In this document: in pieces, positions 49,020-59,687 of the stretch
How the letters are laid out: each line of letters opens with the position of its first letter
Position numbering within the stretch: the first letter of the stretch is position 1
Source: Chthoniobacterales bacterium
GTDB lineage: Bacteria; Verrucomicrobiota; Verrucomicrobiia; Chthoniobacterales; Chthoniobacteraceae
Reading direction: 5' to 3'
Assembly (NCBI GenBank): GCA_038207335.1
Contig: JBBQZX010000026.1
Coordinates: forward strand, 1-64,000
Length of the DNA: 64,000 nucleotides
Notes under the pieces: model-generated
Seen by the model: the letters and a program-made list of their open reading frames with translations, nothing else
Told to the model about the DNA's origin: nothing
Database searches by the model: none
Translations under genes and position numbers: made by a program

Positions 49020-50630
49020 CTACCCTGCCGTGAGGGCGGCGCGCTCGTTGCCGGTGGTGCCGGTCTTTTCGAGGAAATAGTCGTAGCCGCCGGAGTACGG
49101 GGTGACTTGCCCGGCGTTCACATGCAGCACTTTCGTCGCGAGTTTTCGGATGAAATGCACGTCGTGCGAAATGAACATGAGCGTGCCTTCGTACCGCTCC
49201 AGTGCGAGGATGAGCGACTCGACGGTGTGGATGTCGAGGTGCGTCGTCGGCTCGTCCATGAGCAGCAGATTCGGCGGATCGACGAGAAATTTGATGAGGT
49301 TCAGCCGGCTCTTTTCGCCGCCGCTGAGGACGCCCGTTTTTTTGTAGATTTCCTCTTTCCGAAAAAGGAACGACCCGAGAATGCCGCGCGCCTCTTCCTC
49401 TCGGATCGTCGGCGCGCTCGCCATCACCTCCTCAAGCACGGTTTTGTCGGCGTCGAGGGTCTCGGAGCGGTGCTGGCTGAAATATCCGATTTTCGCGTTG
49501 TGCCCGAGTTTGCGTTCGCCTTTTTGAAACTCGACGACGCCGGCGAGGATTTTTAGCAGCGTCGATTTTCCCGCGCCGTTTGGTCCGACGAGGACGGTGC
49601 GTTCGCCGCGTTCGATCGTGAGGTCCAGGCCCGCATAAACTTTGTTCGCGCCGTAAGCCATGTGGATGCCTTCGAGCGAAATTGCGCGCTGACCGCCGCG
49701 CGGCGGCTGCGGGATTTGGAAGCGGAACGGCTTGCGCGGCGGCGTCGGTTTTTCGATGAGCTCCATGCGCTCGATTTGTTTGAGCTTGCTCATCGCCTGC
49801 GACGCTTTCGACGCGACCTGCCGGAAGCGGTCGTAGAATTCGCGCAGCGCGGCGATCTCCTTTTGCTGGTTTTTGTAGGCGGCGTTCTGCTGTTCGTAGT
49901 TCGCCTCTTTTTTCTCGAGAAAGGCGGAGTAGTTGCCGGTGTAGGGCACCAGTTTTTGCTCCGCGATCTCGTGCACGCTCTCGACGATTTCGTCCATGAA
50001 CTGCCGATCGTGCGAGATCATCAAAATCGCGCCGGAGTAGGTCTTGAGATATTCCTGGAGCCAGAGGAGTGACAGGAGGTCGAGGTGGTTCGTGGGCTCG
50101 TCGAGCAGGAGAAGATCGGGTTCCATCACGAGCAGCCGCGCGAGGTGCGCGCGCATGATCCAGCCGCCGCTGAGCTCCTTGGCTTTTCGTGAAAAATCGG
50201 TTTCGCGGTATCCGAGGCCGCGCAGGATTTTCTTCGCCTTCGCCTCGACTTCCGGGTTGCTGAGCGCCTCGTGCTTCGCGTGAGCCTCGAGATATTCCGG
50301 CCCATCGACGGTGCCGGCTTTTTCGAGTTCGTGCAGTTTGGTTTCGAGCGCCTGCAGGTCGCCCGCGCGGCCGGTCGCGACATCCATCACGGTTTCTTCG
50401 CCGACGGTTTCACTCTCCTGCGGAAGATATCCAACCATCGTCCACTCGTCGCGCTCGATCGCGCCGGAGTCGGGCTCGTCGGTCTTTAGAATGAGGCCGA
50501 AGAGCGTAGATTTTCCCGCGCCATTCGGCCCAACGAGCGCAACGCGTTCGCCGTAGTTGACGGTGAGCGTGGCGTTTTCGAAGAGCGTGCGGCCGCCGAT
50601 GGTTTTGCGTAGATCGCGGATCGTGAGCAT
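49020..50630 (-). CDS. ABC-F family ATP-binding protein
   Basis: Two ABC domains (GPNGAGKST, LSGG, DEPT), inter-domain linker, no TM segments. Confidence 0.95.
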   Translation of the reverse strand: MLTIRDLRKTIGGRTLFENATLTVNYGERVALVGPNGAGKSTLFGLILKTDEPDSGAIERDEWTMVGYLPQESETVGEETVMDVATGRAGDLQALETKLHELEKAGTVDGPEYLEAHAKHEALSNPEVEAKAKKILRGLGYRETDFSRKAKELSGGWIMRAHLARLLVMEPDLLLLDEPTNHLDLLSLLWLQEYLKTYSGAILMISHDRQFMDEIVESVHEIAEQKLVPYTGNYSAFLEKKEANYEQQNAAYKNQQKEIAALREFYDRFRQVASKASQAMSKLKQIERMELIEKPTPPRKPFRFQIPQPPRGGQRAISLEGIHMAYGANKVYAGLDLTIERGERTVLVGPNGAGKSTLLKILAGVVEFQKGERKLGHNAKIGYFSQHRSETLDADKTVLEEVMASAPTIREEEARGILGSFLFRKEEIYKKTGVLSGGEKSRLNLIKFLVDPPNLLLMDEPTTHLDIHTVESLILALERYEGTLMFISHDVHFIRKLATKVLHVNAGQVTPYSGGYDYFLEKTGTTGNERAALTAG

Positions 50631-50691
50631 GTGACTTGGGATTAAAAAACGGGCGGGTTCGTTAGCGTCGGATCGGTCGGAGCGCCAGCGA

Positions 50692-51651
50692 TTATCCCGC
50701 GTGGTCGCTGAGGAACTCGACAACGCGGCGTTCGGAGTAGCGTTCGAGGCCGTTTTTTAAATCGAGGAAACCGACGTGGCCGCCGGATGCGGGCGCTTCG
50801 AGATAGAAAGCGGAACTCGCCTCGGCTTCCGGAAATGGGAAGCACTCGGGCGCGAGGAACGGGTCGTTGGCGGCGTTGAGCAGCAACGTCGGCAGGGTAA
50901 TTCGTTTCAGAAACTGGCGCGCGCTGGACTGCGCCCAATAATCGGCGGCGTCGCGAAATCCGTGCAGCGGCGCGGTGTAGCGGTCGTCGAATTCCTGAAA
51001 GCTGCGAATCTTCCGCGCGCCAGCGGCATCGACTTCGCCGGGAAAACGAAGCGCCTTCGCTTCGATTTTCGCGACGAGCGTAGTGAGGAATCGCCGCAGA
51101 TAAATGCGGTTCGCCCATTCGCGATCAAGCTTTCGCGCGCTGGCGGCGAGATCGACGGGCGCGGAAATTGCGGCTGCGGTGACGACCGCCGGATGAGGCG
51201 GAGATTCGCCGAGATATTTCAACGTGAGATTTCCGCCGAGACTGAAACCGACGAGCGCGATGCGCGAATACGTCGCAGCCGTGGCTTCAATGACGAGACG
51301 CAGATCACTCGTCGCGCCGCTGTGGTACAAGCGCAGCAGGCGATTAGGCTCGCTACCGCAACCGCGGAAATTCCAGGCGAGGACATCCCAGCCGGCTTTT
51401 GAGAGAGCCGCCGACATTCCGCGGACGTAGTCATTTTCCACCGATCCCTCTAGGCCGTGAGAAAGGATCGCGGTGCGTGCGTGGCCACCGCGGAGCCAGT
51501 GCAGATCGAGAAAGTCGCCATCTTCCAACTCCATCCGCTCGCACTGGAAAACGACTGAAAGACGGCGCGGCAGTAAGACGGGCAGGATCGTCTGGACGTG
51601 TCCATTCAAGAGAAGTGCGGGCGGGTGAAATCGGGAGCGGATGACGGGCAT
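50692..51651 (-). CDS. YheT-like alpha/beta hydrolase
   Basis: HGLEGS, NFRGC, GFSLGG, NDPF, GGHVGF. Confidence 0.92.
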   Translation of the reverse strand: MPVIRSRFHPPALLLNGHVQTILPVLLPRRLSVVFQCERMELEDGDFLDLHWLRGGHARTAILSHGLEGSVENDYVRGMSAALSKAGWDVLAWNFRGCGSEPNRLLRLYHSGATSDLRLVIEATAATYSRIALVGFSLGGNLTLKYLGESPPHPAVVTAAAISAPVDLAASARKLDREWANRIYLRRFLTTLVAKIEAKALRFPGEVDAAGARKIRSFQEFDDRYTAPLHGFRDAADYWAQSSARQFLKRITLPTLLLNAANDPFLAPECFPFPEAEASSAFYLEAPASGGHVGFLDLKNGLERYSERRVVEFLSDHAG

Positions 51652-51773
51652 GCAGTGAGGCGAGAGTGTGAGCGCGAGGTGAGGACTCTCGACGAGGCGC
51701 GGCGGACCGGGAGTAGAATTTGGTCCGCGACGCTTTTATTTCCTGAAGTTTTGCTCCACTCTCGCTGCAGAAC

Positions 51774-53786
51774 ATGCCTGCCACTTCCCCCGAACGGCTC
51801 CGTGTCCTCTTGATCGAGGACGATCCGGGAGATGGTTTTCTGCTTCGCGAAATGGTGGAGCACGAGCCGCTCTCGCGCTTTCGCGTGACGCAACACGTCG
51901 AGCAACTCGCGCCCGGGATCGAGTTCTTGAAAGCTGGACTGGCGGACATCGCACTGCTCGATCTTTCGCTACCGGACAGCCGCGGGCTCGAGACTTTCCG
52001 CCGCGCGCACGACGCCGCGCCACACGTGCCGATCATCGTGCTGAGCGGGCTCGACGATGAGGAAATGGCGCTGCAGACCGTCCATCTCGGCGCGCATGAA
52101 TATCTCGTGAAAGGGCGCATCGATGGCTATTTGCTGCATCGCGCGATGCGATACGCGATCGAGCGGGCGCGTGCCGAAGCGGCTCTGGCAAAGGAGCGTG
52201 AACTTTTTCGCACTCTCTTCGACAACTTGCCGGACCGCATTTATTTCAAGGACGAGAAGAGCCGATTTCTGCGGATCAACCGGGCAATGGCGGCGCTTTT
52301 CAATGTGAGCAACGTCGAGGATGTGAACGGGAAGACGGACGCGGATTTTTTTGGCGGAAACCACGCGGAGGAGGCACTGCTCGACGAGATGCAGGTGATG
52401 GCAACGGGCGATCCGATGTTCAACAAGGTCGAGTTTGAATCCACCGCGACGGGGGCGCGCTCGTGGGTGCTCACGACGAAGCTGCCGCTGCGTGATCACG
52501 AGGGACAGGTGATTGGGACGTGCGGGATCTCACGGGAGATCACGCAGCTCAAGGAGATGGAGGAGCAGCTCGCATCCGAGCGGAATTTACTGCGGAGCTT
52601 CATCGATAACCTGCCCGACCTCGTCTATTTGAAAGACGCGCAGGGCCGGTATTTGCTGGATAATCTGGCGCATCAACGATGGCTCCAGGCGAGCGATGAG
52701 AGGGAAGTGCGAGGGCGCACGGTGTTCGATTTTTACCCGGACGAGATCGCGCGCGCTTTCCAAGAGGACGACGAGAGAATCCTGCAATCGAACGAGCCGC
52801 TGCTGAATCGCGAAGAGCGAATCATCGGACCGGATGGGAGCCAGCGATGGATGCTCACGGCGAAGGTGCCATGGCGCGGCGAGGACGGCTCCGTGCACGG
52901 ACTCGTGTGCATCTCGCGCGATGTGACGGAGCAGAAGAAGGCTGAGGAAGAGCTTCGCCAGGCTTACGCGGAGCTCGCTCTCGGGCGCGAAGAAGTGCTC
53001 GCAGCGATGGAGAAGATGCAGTCGGCACACCAGGAATTGCACGAGGTGCAGCTCCAGCTCATCGAGGCCGAGAAGATGAAATCCATCGGGCGGCTCGCAG
53101 CCGGCATCGCGCATGAGGTGAAAAATCCGCTCGCGGTGCTCGGCATGGGTGTCGAATTCCTCGACTGTCAGACTTTCGCGGAAGATCCCTCAGTGCGCGC
53201 GACGCTCACGGACATGGCGGACGCGGTGCGCAGGGCGGATTTGGTGATTCGCGGGTTGCTCGATTTTTCCGCGCCGAAGCGGCTGGAGGTGAAGCCCGAG
53301 GATTTGAATGTCATCATCGACCGCGCGCTCACGCTGGTGCGGGGCGAGATGAAAGGAATCGAAGTCATCCGCGAGGCGCAGCCGACTCTGCCGCCGCTGA
53401 ATGTCGATTCGGGCAAGATTGGGCAGGTGTTCATCAATCTGCTCACGAATGCGATCCACGCGATGCCCGACGGCGGGACGCTCACCGTGCGCACATATTC
53501 AAAGCAGCTCACTGGCATCGGTGCGAATATCGGACAGGGACGTGGCGACTGGTTTCGCGTCGGGGAGTCGATCGTGGTGGCGGAGATCGACGACTCCGGG
53601 CACGGCATTCCCGATGAGACCCTCACGAAAATTTTCGAGCCGTTCGTCACCACAAAGCCGACAGGCAAGGGGAGCGGGCTCGGGCTTTCTGTCGTGAAGA
53701 CCATCGTCGGTCTGCATCACGGCACGATCGATATTCGAAATCTGCCGGAGGGCGGCGTGCGCGCGACGGTGATGTTTCAGGCTTGA
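51774..53786 (+). CDS. Cytoplasmic hybrid sensor histidine kinase (REC-PAS-PAS-HisKA-HATPase)
   Basis: LLIEDD...LLDLSLPD; two PAS/PAC domains; AHEVKNPL; NAIHAM, DSGHG, GSGLGL. Confidence 0.95.
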   Translation: MPATSPERLRVLLIEDDPGDGFLLREMVEHEPLSRFRVTQHVEQLAPGIEFLKAGLADIALLDLSLPDSRGLETFRRAHDAAPHVPIIVLSGLDDEEMALQTVHLGAHEYLVKGRIDGYLLHRAMRYAIERARAEAALAKERELFRTLFDNLPDRIYFKDEKSRFLRINRAMAALFNVSNVEDVNGKTDADFFGGNHAEEALLDEMQVMATGDPMFNKVEFESTATGARSWVLTTKLPLRDHEGQVIGTCGISREITQLKEMEEQLASERNLLRSFIDNLPDLVYLKDAQGRYLLDNLAHQRWLQASDEREVRGRTVFDFYPDEIARAFQEDDERILQSNEPLLNREERIIGPDGSQRWMLTAKVPWRGEDGSVHGLVCISRDVTEQKKAEEELRQAYAELALGREEVLAAMEKMQSAHQELHEVQLQLIEAEKMKSIGRLAAGIAHEVKNPLAVLGMGVEFLDCQTFAEDPSVRATLTDMADAVRRADLVIRGLLDFSAPKRLEVKPEDLNVIIDRALTLVRGEMKGIEVIREAQPTLPPLNVDSGKIGQVFINLLTNAIHAMPDGGTLTVRTYSKQLTGIGANIGQGRGDWFRVGESIVVAEIDDSGHGIPDETLTKIFEPFVTTKPTGKGSGLGLSVVKTIVGLHHGTIDIRNLPEGGVRATVMFQA

Positions 53787-53840
53787 GCCTGAGCGAGCAC
53801 GGCCCTTCCATCCTCACCCGGCGCTCAACTCACCCTCACT

Positions 53841-54215
53841 ATGGAAAAGAAACGTGTATTTATCGTTGACGACGAATCGGGCTTCACGCGGCTCATCAAA
53901 CTCACGCTCGAAAAATCGGGCAAATATACCGTGCTTGAGGAAAACGACGGGACGAAAGCCTGGCTGGCGGCGCGGGAATTCAAGCCAGATATCATCTTTC
54001 TCGACATCGTGATGCCGAAGATCGACGGCGGCGACGTGGCGCAGCAGATCAAGTCGGACCCCGCGCTGGCGCATGTGCCGATCGTATTTCTCACCGCGAT
54101 CGTTTCTGAAAAAGAGGGCGGCCACACAATCGGGGGATTTCCGTTTGTCGCAAAGCCGGTGAGCATTGCCTCAATCACGAAGTGCATCGCGGAGCAACTC
54201 GGCGAGTCGGTGTAA
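53841..54215 (+). CDS. Single-domain response regulator
   Basis: IVDDE, FLDIVMP, FLTA, AKP. Confidence 0.93.
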   Translation: MEKKRVFIVDDESGFTRLIKLTLEKSGKYTVLEENDGTKAWLAAREFKPDIIFLDIVMPKIDGGDVAQQIKSDPALAHVPIVFLTAIVSEKEGGHTIGGFPFVAKPVSIASITKCIAEQLGESV

Positions 54216-54425
54216 GCCGGGATCGCTGATCCCATCACGGTTTGCGGGCGTTGCGCTTTCCCGGGATTCGCCGAAAATCGCATCTCTCGTGTCGCAGTCC
54301 ACGTCTCGCCGGCACGCGGCACATATCAACGCCGCACCCGCGTTTCTCGCGACCCTCTCCAGCAACCTGCGGCCCGGATGTTTCTAACATTGCACGGGCC
54401 GCGCGCTTTGCTCTCGCACCCAATC

Positions 54426-55712
54426 ATGAAAACCCCAGCACTGCAGCGCGTTGTCCCCCCAGTCACCGTAGCCTTTTTCGCCATCGTCCTCGGCGGCATT
54501 TCCGCGCTCGCCGCGGAGCCTGCGCTCACATTGAAAGACAACGACGTGTGGGTCATGGCCGGCGACAGCATCACGGCGCAGCGCCAGCACACGAATTTCA
54601 TCGAGGCCTACTACCAGACGCGCTACCCCGCGCTGCATCTGCATTTCCGAAACTCCGGTATCGGTGGCAACCGCACCGGAAATATCCTCCAGCGCTTCGA
54701 CTACGATGTCGCCGCGTGGAAGCCGACGATCGTCAGCATCGAGCTCGGCATGAACGACGTGAACAACGGCGACGACCCCGCCGCCTACATCGCCGGTATC
54801 CGCGAACTCATCGGTAAAATCCGCGCAATCCCCGCGCAGCCGGTGCTCATTTCCTCGAGCCCTGTCGATGACGGGAGCTTGATGGACGATTGGAAATCCG
54901 ACCGCTGCCGCCGCCTGCATCCTTACACCGAAGCGCTTCAAAAACTTGCTGCGGAGGAGAAAATCGTATTCGCCGATCAGTACCATCCGCTGCTGAAGGT
55001 GTGGGGCGAGAATCGAAAAGCCGGTGCGGAAGCGGCGGCGAAAGCGGCGACTGGAACTCCGGCCCCCGCGACGGTGGATGCGAAAGGCAAGCCAGTCATC
55101 CCGGCATCGCTGATTCCGCTCGGTGGGGATACGGTGCATCCTGGACCGGTCGGGCAATACACGATGGCCTCGGTGATTTTAGAGGGGCTGAAGGCGACTG
55201 GCGACGTGAGCTCCGCGGAGCTTCATGCGGATGGCAAAGTGGTCTCTTCGAAAGGGTGCAAGATCAGCGATGCGAAAGCGGCTGCGGGCAAATTGAGCTT
55301 CACGCGCCTTGATGAAACGGGGCCGTGGCCGATCCTGCCCGCCGCGAAACCGGCGATCAAATTGCGCCCGGAAATCCTGTCGCGTTCCCACTACATGCTG
55401 CGCGTCTCGGGACTTCCCGATGGCGGCTACCGCGTGAGCATCGACGGAAAGCCGGCGGGCGTCGTCGATGCAAAAGAACTCGCGGCTGGGTGGAACATGA
55501 CCACGGCATTCGACGACCGCTCAACTGCAATTCTCGCACTGATCGGGAAGTTGCAGGGCAAACTCAACACCGATTGGCGCGATGCGAGCAAGACGAAGGA
55601 CCCGGACAAACTCGCGGCCGCACAGCAGGCCATCGATGCCTGCGAGGTGGAAATCCGCACGGCGTGCCAGCCCGCGCCGCTGCATTTCGAGATCGAAAAA
55701 GAGGCTCGCTGA
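54426..55712 (+). CDS. SGNH/GDSL hydrolase
   Basis: GDSIT, SGIGG, GMND, DTVHP blocks. Confidence 0.9.
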   Translation: MKTPALQRVVPPVTVAFFAIVLGGISALAAEPALTLKDNDVWVMAGDSITAQRQHTNFIEAYYQTRYPALHLHFRNSGIGGNRTGNILQRFDYDVAAWKPTIVSIELGMNDVNNGDDPAAYIAGIRELIGKIRAIPAQPVLISSSPVDDGSLMDDWKSDRCRRLHPYTEALQKLAAEEKIVFADQYHPLLKVWGENRKAGAEAAAKAATGTPAPATVDAKGKPVIPASLIPLGGDTVHPGPVGQYTMASVILEGLKATGDVSSAELHADGKVVSSKGCKISDAKAAAGKLSFTRLDETGPWPILPAAKPAIKLRPEILSRSHYMLRVSGLPDGGYRVSIDGKPAGVVDAKELAAGWNMTTAFDDRSTAILALIGKLQGKLNTDWRDASKTKDPDKLAAAQQAIDACEVEIRTACQPAPLHFEIEKEAR

Positions 55713-56732
55713 CTAATCGCGCGGAGTGACTCCGAGGCCGGGGAATGCCGATGGAGACAGGATTCCGCGGTTGAAGGCCCAGCCGCGAAATGGGTCGTCG
55801 CGAAGCAGCCACGCACCGTCGAGATCAGCGAAATCCGTTTTCTGCGCCACTGCCGCGCCAGCCGCGATGAGGATGCTGCTTTCCAACATGCAGCCGACCA
55901 TCGTCCGCAGTCCGAATTCGCGTCCGCGCCGCGCCATCCGCACCGCGGGCGTGATTCCGCCACATTTCACGAGCTTGATATTGAAGCCGCCAAACCGCTC
56001 CGCGACGCGCTCGACATCGGCATCCAACACGCAGCTTTCATCGGCGAAGATGGGCGGTCCGCCTGCGACTCTCGGGACGCGCGAATCGTTCTCGGGAAGG
56101 AACGGCTGCTCTATGAACGCGACATTCAGCGCTCGCAATTCCGCCGCGAGCGCAGTCAAGTCGTGCGCGCCCCACGCGCAGTTTGCGTCGACTGCGATCA
56201 CCGCGCCGCTCGCCGCGCGCACGCTTCGGATCGGTGTGAGATCGGCGGCTGCGTTTGATTTGATCTTGATCATCGGAAAGCCCCGCAGCTCGGCGATCTT
56301 CTGCTGAAGCTCTTCCGCGGTCGATAGGCCGATCGTGCAGAACGTCGGGATCGCGCGCGGATGCGCGCCCCACGCGAGTTCGCTGACGCTGATCTTCTCC
56401 CGTTGCGCGAGCAAATCCCACAGCGCCAGGTCGATCGCGCACTGCGCCGCGCGGGACGGCGCGACGATCTCCCAAACCTCCTCCCACACGCGCGAAATAT
56501 CCTCGACGGATACGATTCGAACCTCGCTCACGAACTTCTCCGCAGCCGAGAGCGCGGCCAGCACGCTTTCCGCAGTCTCGTTGTAAAATGAGTTCGGCGA
56601 CGCTTCGCCGCGTGCAATCACGCCGTCGGATTCCAATTCGACGAAGACATTCCGTACCGCCGAACGCCGTGCCCGCGCGATCCGAAATTCCTGACGCGGA
56701 TGAAGCTCTCGAATGGACGCGCTGAATTTCAA
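55713..56732 (-). CDS. Dipeptide (L-Ala-D/L-Glu) epimerase, enolase superfamily
   Basis: KIK, DAN, EQP, ADES, NIKLVKCGG, GCMLES, DLDG. Confidence 0.9.
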   Translation of the reverse strand: MKFSASIRELHPRQEFRIARARRSAVRNVFVELESDGVIARGEASPNSFYNETAESVLAALSAAEKFVSEVRIVSVEDISRVWEEVWEIVAPSRAAQCAIDLALWDLLAQREKISVSELAWGAHPRAIPTFCTIGLSTAEELQQKIAELRGFPMIKIKSNAAADLTPIRSVRAASGAVIAVDANCAWGAHDLTALAAELRALNVAFIEQPFLPENDSRVPRVAGGPPIFADESCVLDADVERVAERFGGFNIKLVKCGGITPAVRMARRGREFGLRTMVGCMLESSILIAAGAAVAQKTDFADLDGAWLLRDDPFRGWAFNRGILSPSAFPGLGVTPRD

Positions 56733-56762
56733 GTGGGACGAGTTCCGGGAGAGGAGCGCGAG

Positions 56763-56834
56763 AGGCGGGGGGGGGAATCGAACCCCCGAATGCGGCTTTT
56801 GCAGAGCCGAGCCTTACCACTTGGCTACCCCGCC
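56763..56834 (-). tRNA. tRNA-Cys(GCA)
   Basis: GGCGGGG/CCCCGCC acceptor stem, anticodon arm CGGCT-CTGCAAA-AGCCG, GGTTCGATTCC T-arm, U73; CCA not encoded. Confidence 0.95.
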
Positions 56835-56934
56835 ATTTTTGCGAGCGGATGACGTACCCGACGTTCCCGCGCTCGTCAACGCGATTGCTGGCGCGATCCG
56901 CTTTCCCGGCCCATCTTCCCCGCTCCCCGGCCTC

Positions 56935-58653
56935 GTGAACGACTCCCACATTTCCACCCCGCGCCTCTTCCGCATACTCCTCTGGGTGCAGTGGCGCTCG
57001 TTGAAAGCACGGCTCGCCGGCATTCAGCGCGAGTCGCCGCTCATGCTCATCGTGCTAGCGTGTTTCGTCGCCGGGTATGTCGGCGTCGGCTTCTGGCTGC
57101 TGCGCTCGGGGCTCGGGCTGCTCTACCATTTCCCCATCGTCGGCAGCCTGCTTTCGCAGCGGATTCTCTTCCTCGTTTTCGCCTTCTTTTTCGTGATGCT
57201 CGTCTTCTCGAACATCGTCATCGGCTACTCGACGCTCTTCAAAAATCGCGAGACCCAGTGGCTCCTTTCGCTGCCCGTACCGCACCGAAATATCTACCGC
57301 TGGAAATTCCTCGAAGCCCTCTCCATCTCGAGCTGGGCGCTCATTTTCCTCAGCGCTCCGATGATGCTCGCGTATGGCCGCGTCCACGATGTCCCGCTCA
57401 TTTTCTACGCGCAGGCTGCGCTCGTCTTCCTGCCATTCGTCACGATCCCCGCGCTGATCGGCTCGTGGATCATTCTCTTTTTCGTCCACGTCCTCGCGCG
57501 GCGCGGTGTGAAAAAAATCGCCCTGGGCACCGGCGCGCTCGTCCTGCTGGTACTCATTTTTTCTGTGAAGCCCGCGAGCGACCTCGACGCCACGAGCGCG
57601 CAGGACGTCCTCTCGCTCGACCAGCTCCTCCGCCACACGCGCCTCAGCACGAACGCCTTCCTCCCGAGCGCTTGGATGGCCAAATCCGTCATCGCGTGGG
57701 GCGAGGGCCTCGGCACGCAGGGCGCGTTTTATTTCCTCCTGCTGCTGAGCAATGCCCTCATGGGATTGCTCATCGGCTTCGAGATCATGGGCCGCTTCTT
57801 TTTCAAAAGCTGGACCGCCACGCTGAGCTCGCGCGCCGAGCGATTTCAGCGGCGCGCCGAGGCCATGCGCCTGCGCGGCGAACGGCGTTCGCTGCTTGAA
57901 ATGGTCGCCGGCCTCCTCCGCATCTTCTCGCAGCCCACTGCCGCGCTCGTGCTGAAAGACGCCCGCCTTTTCTGGCGCGACCCCGCGCAGTGGATCCAGT
58001 TCATGATCTTCTTCGGCCTGCTCTGCATCTACGTGCTGAACCTCCGCAACGTCGCCTTCGATTTCCAAACCCCGTTTTGGGAAACCACCATCAGCTACCT
58101 GAATCTCGGCGCCTCCGCCCTCACGCTTTCCACGCTCACCACGCGCTTCGTCTATCCGCAAATCAGCCTCGAGGGCCGGCGCCTCTGGATCATCGGCCTC
58201 GCCCCGATGGGCTTGAAAAAGGTGCTCCTGCAGAAATTCTGGATGAGCTCCGGGGCCGCCATGTGCGTCACCGTGAGCCTCATGATCGCGTCGAGCGTCA
58301 TGCTCCATCTGCCCGCGCTGAAGGTCGTCTTTTTCTCCGGCTCGATCGCCCTGATGAGCGTCACCCTGAGCGGCCTCGCGGTCGGCCTCGGCGCGCTCTT
58401 TCCGAACTTCAAGGAAGACAACCCCACGAAAATCGTCAGCGGATTCGGCGGCACGCTCTGCCTCGTCGTCAGCTTCATCTACATCGCGCTCTTCATCGCC
58501 CTCGCCGCCCTCCCCGACCTCCGGCTCGTCATCAAAATCCCATTTCCGATGCCCGATTGCATCGCGATCTGCCTCGCGATCTTCCTCAGCGCCTGCGTGC
58601 TCATCCTCCCCCTCGGCGCCGCCATCCACCGCGTGCGCACGCTGGAGATTTAG
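56935..58653 (+). CDS. Putative ABC transporter permease
   Basis: About 12 TM segments; LLSLPV, KDARLFWRD, ISLEGRRLW motifs. Confidence 0.8.
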   Translation: MNDSHISTPRLFRILLWVQWRSLKARLAGIQRESPLMLIVLACFVAGYVGVGFWLLRSGLGLLYHFPIVGSLLSQRILFLVFAFFFVMLVFSNIVIGYSTLFKNRETQWLLSLPVPHRNIYRWKFLEALSISSWALIFLSAPMMLAYGRVHDVPLIFYAQAALVFLPFVTIPALIGSWIILFFVHVLARRGVKKIALGTGALVLLVLIFSVKPASDLDATSAQDVLSLDQLLRHTRLSTNAFLPSAWMAKSVIAWGEGLGTQGAFYFLLLLSNALMGLLIGFEIMGRFFFKSWTATLSSRAERFQRRAEAMRLRGERRSLLEMVAGLLRIFSQPTAALVLKDARLFWRDPAQWIQFMIFFGLLCIYVLNLRNVAFDFQTPFWETTISYLNLGASALTLSTLTTRFVYPQISLEGRRLWIIGLAPMGLKKVLLQKFWMSSGAAMCVTVSLMIASSVMLHLPALKVVFFSGSIALMSVTLSGLAVGLGALFPNFKEDNPTKIVSGFGGTLCLVVSFIYIALFIALAALPDLRLVIKIPFPMPDCIAICLAIFLSACVLILPLGAAIHRVRTLEI

Positions 58654-58996
58654 GGAAAGTCGGCCGCGCACGCCCTCGTGCGCGTTCGGAGTTTCGGAGG
58701 GATTTCGCGCGTGACAGGCGGTTTCGGAGGCGGGTAGGGTATTTCCGCAGAGATGCGGGAGGATTTTCAACATCGAGGTGGTCGAGCGGCTTTGCGCCCG
58801 GAGGGGTTCGCGATTTCCCCGGTTCGTTCCTGCGGGTCAGGTTGGCGATGTTTGGTCGGAATGCACCATCCTGCTCGGGAAAGATGCTGCCGTCCGAACG
58901 GATTTTGCGGTCCTGCTGGCGCGGTTTTCGCGATTATCCCGTTCACAAATGTAGGGTGATTTTGTGGGTTGAAGCGTAGGCGTCACTCGCCTGCGT

Positions 58997-59122
58997 TTAC
59001 TTTGTCGGCTTCGCCTTCTGGCCGACTGGCTTGCTGACCTTCTTCGGCTTCGTCGGCTTAATCGTGAGCGCGCGGCGCATGATCTCGTCGAATCCAAGCG
59101 GTTGCGGTGTTTTTGATTTCAA
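58997..59122 (-). CDS. Small basic IS passenger peptide
   Basis: TTG start; LGFDEIMRRALTIKP followed by a Lys/Pro-rich tail. Confidence 0.4.
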   Translation of the reverse strand: MKSKTPQPLGFDEIMRRALTIKPTKPKKVSKPVGQKAKPTK

Positions 59123-59243
59123 GAATTCAACATACCCGAAAGCTACGGCGGCTTCCACTTCAAACTGCGCTGCCCTCTCATTCCATGTGATACTGTTTTT
59201 TTTCTGCTTGCGTGCTACTTCGGGGCAAGCTATTCGTGCTTCC

Positions 59244-59687
59244 GTGATCACTGCTGAAATTATCAAATCCGAAATTACCGAACTCGATCTGAAACTCTCC
59301 GCGATGGAGCCACTTCGGAAGCGCCGGGACGCGTTGAAGAACCTTCTGGAAACCTACGGCAACGACGAAACTCAACCTCGCTTGCTCGACGCTCCGAGCC
59401 TAGCGCCATCTGAACGCTACAAGTCGCTCGGAACGACACAAGCAATGATGGAGTTCCTGCGAGACTCGCCGGGCGCATATTTCAGCCCGCGTGACATCGG
59501 GAAGGCGATGCTGGCTGGGGGACACGAATCCAAGTCGCCGAACTTTTTCAACATCGTTTACACGATCTGCAAGCGAAAGGGTGAAGCTGGCGATTTCGAG
59601 GTTGCGGAACGCAAAGGGAAAAAAGTTTTCCGACTTCCATCTCAACCAGCCGCAACGACCTCGGCGCAACCACAGGAAGGAAGGTGA
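59244..59687 (+). CDS. IS passenger protein: coiled coil plus probable winged-helix domain
   Basis: Heptad pattern IKSEITELDLKLSAM...LKNLLE, then AMMEFLRDSPGAYFSPRDIGKAMLAGG...VYTIC...GKKVFRL. Confidence 0.7.
   Translation: MITAEIIKSEITELDLKLSAMEPLRKRRDALKNLLETYGNDETQPRLLDAPSLAPSERYKSLGTTQAMMEFLRDSPGAYFSPRDIGKAMLAGGHESKSPNFFNIVYTICKRKGEAGDFEVAERKGKKVFRLPSQPAATTSAQPQEGR

Noticed and set aside
56763..56834. Island integrated at tRNA-Cys
   Set aside because: No duplicated 3' end or integrase was seen nearby; the flanks are ordinary genes.
57055..58773. 572-aa minus-strand ORF
   Set aside because: Antisense shadow of the permease gene; no motifs.
58654..58928. Gene interrupted by the IS1595 insertion
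   Set aside because: Rejoining the flanks gives an open minus-strand frame, but it has no recognisable motif and runs into the permease gene.
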